A stretch of DNA of 64,000 bases, taken from assembly GCA_002689325.1 (NCBI GenBank), contig NZFP01000003.1, forward strand, positions 13,217-77,216. Direction: 5' to 3'. Shown here piece after piece: positions 58,009-64,000 of the stretch. How positions within the stretch are numbered: the stretch's first letter is position 1; every line of letters begins with the position of its first letter. Under the pieces are notes generated by a model. The model was not told where the DNA came from and made no database searches. It was given only the letters and a program-made list of their open reading frames with translations. The translations under genes and the position numbers were made by a program. Source of the DNA: Rickettsiales bacterium. Its GTDB lineage: Bacteria > Pseudomonadota > Alphaproteobacteria > Methylaequorales > Methylaequoraceae.

Positions 58009-59169
58009 CTAATACTTCCCAGAAATAACCATACTTGTAGCTATTTGCCTTGCGTCTTTATCTATTTCTAATACATCTTTTATACTATTGATATTGGAAA
58101 ATGAAGCTTTATTTAAAGTTTTTTCTACTAATTTAGGGATTGATAAATACTTAATTCTATTAGATAAAAAAGCATCAACGGCCACCTCATTTGCCGCATT
58201 AAGAATTGTTGGTGCACTTTTTTTTATTTTTAAAGACTCATAAGCAAGTTCTAAACATGGAAATTTTTCAAGATCTGGTTCAAGAAAGGTTAGTTTTTTT
58301 ACTTTTCCTAATTCAAGTTTTTTTACCGAGTTAGAAATTCTATCTGGATATGCAAGAACGTAAGAAATTGGTATTCGCATATCTGGAGTTCCCATCTGAG
58401 ATAAAATTGAACCATCCGCATACTCAACACAAGAATGAATAATAGATTCAGGGTGAATTATTACATCAATCTTTTTATAAGGCATTTCAAACAAATAATG
58501 TGCTTCTATCAATTCAAGACCTTTATTCATCATGGTTGCAGAGTCAACAGAAATTTTCTTTCCCATTGACCAATTAGGATGTTTAATCGCCTGTTCTGGA
58601 GTGATATTAGTTAGATCTTCAGTTTTAATGTTTAAAAAAGGGCCACCAGAAGCTGTTAGAATTAATTTGGAAACTTTTGAACGATTTTTTGCATCTAACA
58701 CTTGAAAAATTGCATTATGCTCTGAATCAACTGGAAGAATAATTGATTCATTTTTGTCTGCAATTGATGTAATTAATGACCCAGAACAAACTAAACTTTC
58801 TTTATTAGCTAAAGCAATAGAAATTCCTTTTTTTGCAGCCTTAACTACTGGCATTAATCCAGCAGAACCTGTAATGGCAGCAACAACAAGATCTGTTTCA
58901 TAGTCAAGTATCTCATCATAACAATCATTTCCATTAACTACCTTTAGAGATTTATTTAAATTAATCTCCTTAAATTCTTCAAAAGATTTTTTATTGTTAA
59001 TAGATACTATCTTTGGTTTAAAGTTATTTACCTGTTCTATTAATTTTTTATAATTGTTGTTTATAGTCAAACCGACTATTTCATACTTTTCAGGATGGTT
59101 TTTTATAAGATCCAGTGTTGAATCACCTATTGAACCCGTTGAACCAAAAATTGTAATTTTTTTTTTCAT
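58009..59169 (-). CDS. dxr: 1-deoxy-D-xylulose 5-phosphate reductoisomerase
   Basis: ITIFGSTGSIGDST, LANKESLV, PVDSEHNAIFQ and HPNWSMG. Confidence 0.96.
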   Translation of the reverse strand: MKKKITIFGSTGSIGDSTLDLIKNHPEKYEIVGLTINNNYKKLIEQVNNFKPKIVSINNKKSFEEFKEINLNKSLKVVNGNDCYDEILDYETDLVVAAITGSAGLMPVVKAAKKGISIALANKESLVCSGSLITSIADKNESIILPVDSEHNAIFQVLDAKNRSKVSKLILTASGGPFLNIKTEDLTNITPEQAIKHPNWSMGKKISVDSATMMNKGLELIEAHYLFEMPYKKIDVIIHPESIIHSCVEYADGSILSQMGTPDMRIPISYVLAYPDRISNSVKKLELGKVKKLTFLEPDLEKFPCLELAYESLKIKKSAPTILNAANEVAVDAFLSNRIKYLSIPKLVEKTLNKASFSNINSIKDVLEIDKDARQIATSMVISGKY

Positions 59170-59175
59170 CTAACT

Positions 59176-60012
59176 TTATATTATAAAAAAAAAATTAAAA
59201 TTTAGAATTTTTAAAATAAAAATTACTATAACCAACAAAAATAACCCATCAAATCTATCTAACAAGCCGCCGTGCCCGGGAATTAAGTTACTGCTATCTT
59301 TAACATCACACAATCTTTTAAAGTATGATTCAAGAAGATCGCCGAGTTGAACAACCATTGAAAATAATATTGAAGTAAATAAAACTAAATATATATCAGC
59401 TCTATTAAAAAACATAGTATATAAAAAGATACATGGAAATAAAATTCCTCCAATTGTACCAGAAAAAGTTTTACCAGAACTTATTGAAGGAAAAATCTTC
59501 TTACCTTTTATTATTTTTCCACAAAAATATGAGAAAACATCAGTTAAAATTGCAAAAAAGAATATATAAAATAAAAATTCATCATAATTTTCATCGTTTC
59601 TTAAATTAAGTAATATAAAAAAAGGCGCTGAACAATAAACTATTCCTAAAACCTTTTCAAAATTAAATTTTAAAATAAAATAGAGATAAAGGATAAAAAA
59701 AATTAATATTAAAATAATTAGAATATAATTTAGATAATAAAAAATTAATGATAGTATATTAATTTTAAATATTACAAGAAAATCTAAGCTACTTATTTTT
59801 TGTCTACTGATTAATAAACAGGGCTCTATTTTTCTATTCCCTCTCAAAAGGTCTCTAAAACTTTTTAATCTTATAAACTCCCATAAACTTAATGAAAGTA
59901 AAATTTGTATAATAAATAAAAAAATTAAATCGTTTTTTGAAAAAAGTAGGAATAAAGAAAAAAAAAGAAAAATTGAAGAAACAAATCTTAATTGAAAATC
60001 CTTAATCATCAA
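59176..60012 (-). CDS. cdsA: Phosphatidate cytidylyltransferase
   Basis: Polytopic protein with the C-terminal signature GDLLESYFKRLCDVKDSSNLIPGHGGLLDRFD. Confidence 0.93.
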   Translation of the reverse strand: MMIKDFQLRFVSSIFLFFSLFLLFSKNDLIFLFIIQILLSLSLWEFIRLKSFRDLLRGNRKIEPCLLISRQKISSLDFLVIFKINILSLIFYYLNYILIILILIFFILYLYFILKFNFEKVLGIVYCSAPFFILLNLRNDENYDEFLFYIFFFAILTDVFSYFCGKIIKGKKIFPSISSGKTFSGTIGGILFPCIFLYTMFFNRADIYLVLFTSILFSMVVQLGDLLESYFKRLCDVKDSSNLIPGHGGLLDRFDGLFLLVIVIFILKILNFNFFFII

Positions 60013-60713
60013 TCTCCTCCATATCTTCGTTTTCTATTTACAAAATTTTTTAAAGCAGTCATATATCTTTTTACATCAAAATCAGGCCATTGAGTTTTAG
60101 TAAAGTAAAGTTCTGAGTAAGCAATTTGCCACAATAAAAAATTTGACAATCTTTTTTCTCCAGATGTTCTTATAACCAAGTCTGGATCAGGTAAGTGACT
60201 GGTCATTAAATTTTCAGAAATATTTCTTTCAGTAATTTCAGTTTTATTTGCTTTTAATAGTTTATTAATTGAACCTAAAATTTCCCCTCTTGATCCATAA
60301 CCCAAAGCTAGAGTAAAAAAAAGATTATCGAAGACATTGGTAACTTCTTTTAAATTATAAAGTTTTTTCCTTATTGGTTCATCAAATTTTTCAACGTTAC
60401 CTATAAATGAAAAATTTATTCTATTTTCTATAAAGTTGGGAGTTTCTGAATCTAAATAGTATTTTAGTAATGTTTGTAGTTGAACGATCTCTTTTTTACT
60501 TCTATTCCAATTTTCACTTGAAAAACCAAAAAAAGTCAGATACTTAATCTTCAATTTGATTGATTTATTTACAATTTTCTTAATTACCTCAGCACCTTTT
60601 TTGTGTCCATCAATAATTGGGAAATTATTTTTTTTTGCCCACCTTCTGTTTCCATCCATTATAAAGGCAACGTGGGAAGGAAATAAATTTTGAATATCAA
60701 TTCCATTATTCAT
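60009..60713 (-). CDS. uppS: Undecaprenyl diphosphate synthase
   Basis: HVAFIMDGNRRWA, FSSENW and RTSGEKRLSNFLLWQ. Confidence 0.95.
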   Translation of the reverse strand: MNNGIDIQNLFPSHVAFIMDGNRRWAKKNNFPIIDGHKKGAEVIKKIVNKSIKLKIKYLTFFGFSSENWNRSKKEIVQLQTLLKYYLDSETPNFIENRINFSFIGNVEKFDEPIRKKLYNLKEVTNVFDNLFFTLALGYGSRGEILGSINKLLKANKTEITERNISENLMTSHLPDPDLVIRTSGEKRLSNFLLWQIAYSELYFTKTQWPDFDVKRYMTALKNFVNRKRRYGGD

Positions 60714-60723
60714 TAGTAATTGA

Positions 60724-61278
60724 TTATACTCTTAATATATCTTTTTCCTTATCCGCAAATAAAGTATCTATTTTTTCTATCAAATTATCAGTCATTTTCT
60801 GAACCTCATCCGAAAATTTGAATGACTCATCTTGTGAAATTTCTTTATTTTTTTCAAGAGTTTTTATTTTTTCCATTGCATCTCGACGAATATTTCTGAT
60901 TGAAATCTTTGAATCTTCTGAATATTTTGAAGCAATTTTTACTATCTCAATTCTTCTTTCTTCAGATAATTCAGGGATAGGAATCCTTATCAAACTTCCC
61001 TCAATCATTGGATTTAGTCCAAGATTAGAGTTTCTTATTGAGTTTTCTACAGTATTAACAAGTGAATCATCCCAAACCTGAACAGTCAACAACCTTGATT
61101 CCGGAACACTAATATTAGAAACTTGGTTTAACGGTACCTTTGAGCCATAAGCTTCAATAGAGATAGAGTCTAATAGAGATGTAGAAGCTCTTCCTGTTCT
61201 AAGTCCAGAAAATTCTCTTTTTAAAACATCGATTGCTTTTTCCATTTTTTCTTCATGTATCTTTAAATCAAACATCAA
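60724..61278 (-). CDS. frr: Ribosome recycling factor
   Basis: FSGLRTGRAS, IPELSEERR and IRNIRRDA. Confidence 0.96.
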   Translation of the reverse strand: MMFDLKIHEEKMEKAIDVLKREFSGLRTGRASTSLLDSISIEAYGSKVPLNQVSNISVPESRLLTVQVWDDSLVNTVENSIRNSNLGLNPMIEGSLIRIPIPELSEERRIEIVKIASKYSEDSKISIRNIRRDAMEKIKTLEKNKEISQDESFKFSDEVQKMTDNLIEKIDTLFADKEKDILRV

Positions 61279-61279
61279 T

Positions 61280-61996
61280 TTAACCTTTTATAATCGTGAA
61301 AGAACCTTTTCCATTTATTATCTCAGTTAAAGAATCCTTTTGCAATATTGAAAAAACTACAATAGGAATTTTATTTTCCTTAGCTAAAGTTATTGACGTA
61401 GTATCCATCACTTTTAATTTTTTACTAATTACATCGTCATAACTCAAATTATCAAATTTTTTTGCTTTAGAGTTTTTTAATGGATCAGAATCGTAAATAC
61501 CATCTACCTTTGTTGCTTTAAGTAAAAAATCACATTTCATTTCAGAAGCTCTTAATGTTGCTGCAGTGTCAGTCGTGAAAAAGGGATTTCCTGTACCTGC
61601 AGCAAAAATAACAATTCTATTTTTTTCTATATGTCTAATTGCTCTTCTCCTTATGTAAGGTTCACAAACTGTATCCATTTTTAAAGCAGATAAAACTCTA
61701 GTTTGTATACCTTTTTGCTCAAGTGAATTCTGAAGAATCAAAGAATTTATTACTGTAGCCATCATCCCGGTATAATCAGCTGATGATCTATCCATTCCAA
61801 AAGAAGATGCAGAAACACCCCTAAAAATATTCCCCCCACCTACAACAATTGAAAGCTTAGTACCGACCTTATGAATTTTTGAAATTTGTTCAGTTATAGA
61901 ATTAATTGTATCAAGGTCTATTCCAAAATCATTATTTCCCATTAATGATTCACCTGATAACTTAAGTAAAATATGCTTTTTTTTTAAATTGATCAA
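61280..61996 (-). CDS. pyrH: UMP kinase
   Basis: LLKLSGESL, VVGGGNIFRG and GTGNPFFTTDTAA. Confidence 0.96.
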   Translation of the reverse strand: MINLKKKHILLKLSGESLMGNNDFGIDLDTINSITEQISKIHKVGTKLSIVVGGGNIFRGVSASSFGMDRSSADYTGMMATVINSLILQNSLEQKGIQTRVLSALKMDTVCEPYIRRRAIRHIEKNRIVIFAAGTGNPFFTTDTAATLRASEMKCDFLLKATKVDGIYDSDPLKNSKAKKFDNLSYDDVISKKLKVMDTTSITLAKENKIPIVVFSILQKDSLTEIINGKGSFTIIKG

Positions 61997-62012
61997 AGTG
62001 AAATAATTCTTC

Positions 62013-62879
62013 TTATAGACCTAATTTGAATATTAAATAATTGTTGATATTAAAGTCTAGATTATTATTTTTATTGAACTCCGAAATTATATCTTTTATC
62101 TTTTTTTTATTGTCAATAACAAAGAGTTGTTCTAATAAACAAACATCTTCGTAAAATTTTTTAATCTTTCCATCTATAATTTTTTCAATAATATCATCAG
62201 GCTTTCCTGAGGATTTAAGTTGCTCTTTATAAATATTTTTTTCTTTTAAAATTAATGAACTATCTAAAGAATCAATATCTACTGACTTAGGCTCAGTTGC
62301 AGCAATATGCATACAAATTTGTTTTGAAAGATCACTTACATTACTATTAATTTCTTTTACATCAAACGATAAAAGAACACCAAGTTTGCCTGAATTTTCT
62401 GACACAGAATTATGTAAATATTTTTGTAGCTTAAGTTTTTGATCATTTACAAGTTTCAATTTTTTAATTACTATATTTTCACCAAGCTTGGAAATAAGGT
62501 TTGTAAGTTCAACTTTTACATTATTATCAGAATTCTCAAATGATGACTCAAAAAGATCATCAATATTTTGAATCTTGTTTTTAACACAAAGTGTAGATGT
62601 ATTTTCACAAAACTCTTGGAAGTGTTCATTTTTAGCAACAAAGTCTGTTTCAGAGTTTATTTCTAAAATTACCCCAGTGTTATCTTCAATTTTAATAGTA
62701 ATCAAACCATCTGTGGCTGATCTTTCAGATTTTTTTTGAGCAGTATTTATACCTTTTTTTCTCAACCATTCAACTGCTTTTTCAATATCATTAGTTTCAT
62801 CCAAAGCTTTTTTACAATCCATCATTCCAGCACCAGTCTTAATTCTTAATTTTTTGATATCCTCTGATGTGATTGACAT
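62013..62879 (-). CDS. tsf: Elongation factor Ts
   Basis: IKKLRIKTGAGMMDCKKAL and EINSETDFVAKN. Confidence 0.96.
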   Translation of the reverse strand: MSITSEDIKKLRIKTGAGMMDCKKALDETNDIEKAVEWLRKKGINTAQKKSERSATDGLITIKIEDNTGVILEINSETDFVAKNEHFQEFCENTSTLCVKNKIQNIDDLFESSFENSDNNVKVELTNLISKLGENIVIKKLKLVNDQKLKLQKYLHNSVSENSGKLGVLLSFDVKEINSNVSDLSKQICMHIAATEPKSVDIDSLDSSLILKEKNIYKEQLKSSGKPDDIIEKIIDGKIKKFYEDVCLLEQLFVIDNKKKIKDIISEFNKNNNLDFNINNYLIFKLGL

Positions 62880-62880
62880 T

Positions 62881-63591
62881 TTAACCCTTAGTTTCAGTAT
62901 TATTTTCTTGATTAATACTTTTGTTGTTTTTTATTGTTTCAGCAACAGCACTACAATAAAATTCAATTGATCTTATGGCGTCATCATTTCCAGGAATTGG
63001 ATAATCAATTCCCTCTGGATTTGAATTAGAATCTAGAATTGCAGCAATTGGTATTCCAGATTTATTAGCTTCCTTCACAGCAAGGAATTCTTTGTTTGTA
63101 TCAACAATAAATAACAAGTCGGGTTTTGAATTTAAATCTTTTATTCCACCAATTGATTTATTGAGTTTATCAGCCAAATTTTGGAATTTAAGAAGTTCTT
63201 TTTTTGTATAGGATTGTGTATGATTTTCTAAAATATCTTCGATTTTTTTTAATCTTTTAATAGAGTTTTGTATAGTACTCCAATTAGTGAGAATTCCACC
63301 AAGCCACCTTTTATTTATAAAAAATTGATTACAAGACTTAGCGTATTTTTCTATTAAATCTGAAGCTTGTCTTTTAGTTCCTACGAATAAAACGGTTTTA
63401 CCTTGTAGGGAAAAATCTTTGATAACCTTCAATGCTTCAGTAAATAAAACCACGGTTTTTTGAAGATCTATAATATGAATGCCGTTTCGATGACCGTAAA
63501 GAAACTCTGACATTTTTGGGTTCCACCGATTGGTTTTATGACCAAAGTGGGCTCCTGCATCTAAAAGATCTTTTATTGAAACGACTTGCAT
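62881..63591 (-). CDS. rpsB: 30S ribosomal protein S2
   Basis: LLDAGAHFGHKTNRWNPKM. The start moves to the ATG at 63591 (MQVVSIKDLL), which has a GGAG 5 nt upstream (minus strand ...aaaccGGAGaattATG). The track start at 63609 lacks one. Confidence 0.95.
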   Translation of the reverse strand: MQVVSIKDLLDAGAHFGHKTNRWNPKMSEFLYGHRNGIHIIDLQKTVVLFTEALKVIKDFSLQGKTVLFVGTKRQASDLIEKYAKSCNQFFINKRWLGGILTNWSTIQNSIKRLKKIEDILENHTQSYTKKELLKFQNLADKLNKSIGGIKDLNSKPDLLFIVDTNKEFLAVKEANKSGIPIAAILDSNSNPEGIDYPIPGNDDAIRSIEFYCSAVAETIKNNKSINQENNTETKG

Positions 63592-63610
63592 AATTCTCCG
63601 GTTTAACATT

Positions 63611-63642
63611 CACGCAACAAAAAACACCAGAGATGTTGCGTG
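63611..63642 (-). other. 8-bp stem hairpin (CACGCAAC ... GTTGCGTG, 16-nt loop) in the rpsB upstream leader
   Basis: Arms read directly at 63611-63618 and 63635-63642. It lies between the upstream gene stop (63695) and the rpsB Shine-Dalgarno sequence. On the minus strand it is not followed by a T-run. Confidence 0.35.
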
Positions 63643-63694
63643 TTTGAAATTTATATAGAAACTACATATTAAAAAATATAAATCAATACTTTTT

Positions 63695-64000
63695 TTAATT
63701 AATTTCTTTTATATCTAACACTCCTTCTGTACTTTTTAATGAAATTAAAAAATCCATATTTACATTGAATTTATTTTTACTTGCGATCTTTATTTCATGA
63801 TCAGAGTGTGAAACTTTAAAAAAAAACTCACTATTACCATTTTTATTTTCATTTAATAATGATTTTAACTTTTGATAATTTAACTTATCTTTATCTAACA
63901 AGATTAAATATTTTAATTGGTGATCAGAATCATTCAATGAATTTACAGAAGAAACAACAAATCTACTTGAATCTTTAAAGTTTTGAAAAACAAGCCTTAA
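63695..64000 (-). CDS. 3' end of a longer gene running off the right window edge; possibly the DNA polymerase III alpha subunit C-terminus
   Basis: The frame stays open from 63937 to 64000 (my translation LRLVFQNFKDSSRFVVSSVNS precedes the listed TTG). The tail pattern (alternating L.L.L block, L..L..LL, G...F.F.V, then ...G.L.I.E) resembles the DnaE C-terminal region. The family call is weak. Confidence 0.45.
   Translation of the reverse strand, partial: LRLVFQNFKDSSRFVVSSVNSLNDSDHQLKYLILLDKDKLNYQKLKSLLNENKNGNSEFFFKVSHSDHEIKIASKNKFNVNMDFLISLKSTEGVLDIKEIN

Noticed and set aside
1-64000. tRNA, rRNA, CRISPR arrays, transposases and intact prophage genes
   Set aside because: The intergenic gaps are all 225 bp or shorter. 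I saw no spaced direct-repeat arrays or cloverleaf-capable sequence. The only mobility trace is the truncated integrase fragment at 15013..15327.

Overview
AT-rich alphaproteobacterial chromosome segment (a typical 60-nt line counted 18/60 G+C) with tightly packed, often overlapping genes. The gene order looks Pelagibacterales/SAR11-like, but I cannot confirm that without a database search. From about 15.3 kb to 64 kb it is a conserved housekeeping backbone: rhomboid, CoA-transferase, clpB, hflX, trkA, ntrX-ntrY-ntrC-ntrB-dusB, ispDF-pgpA-pncC, ftsB-eno-kdsA-pyrG-secG-tpiA, ppiD-trpEGDC-moaC-moeA, lexA-gltX-gltA, and lpxB-lpxI-lpxA-fabZ-lpxD-skp-bamA-rseP-dxr-cdsA-uppS-frr-pyrH-tsf-rpsB. The first 15.3 kb is accessory and holds most of the interest. 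(1) Two tandem paralogous secreted proteins share a FecR-like N-domain, a Glu/Pro/Gly low-complexity spacer (41/60 G+C in one counted line) and type I secretion style C-termini. They differ in their C-terminal modules: one has a PPC-like domain, the other RTX repeats. A TolC gene sits 11 bp upstream. One paralog is missing from the supplied ORF track because it runs off the window edge. (2) Directly upstream on the same strand is a translationally coupled trio: a 36-aa-repeat coiled-coil protein, a GAF-GAF-PAS class III nucleotide cyclase, and a small PDE-like HD protein. (3) A small island of orphan ORFs carries umuDC with an alphaproteobacterial SOS box inside a near-consensus promoter. It is bounded by a truncated integrase N-terminal fragment. 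I found no tRNA, rRNA or CRISPR array. All family assignments come from motif reading of translations, not from searches.
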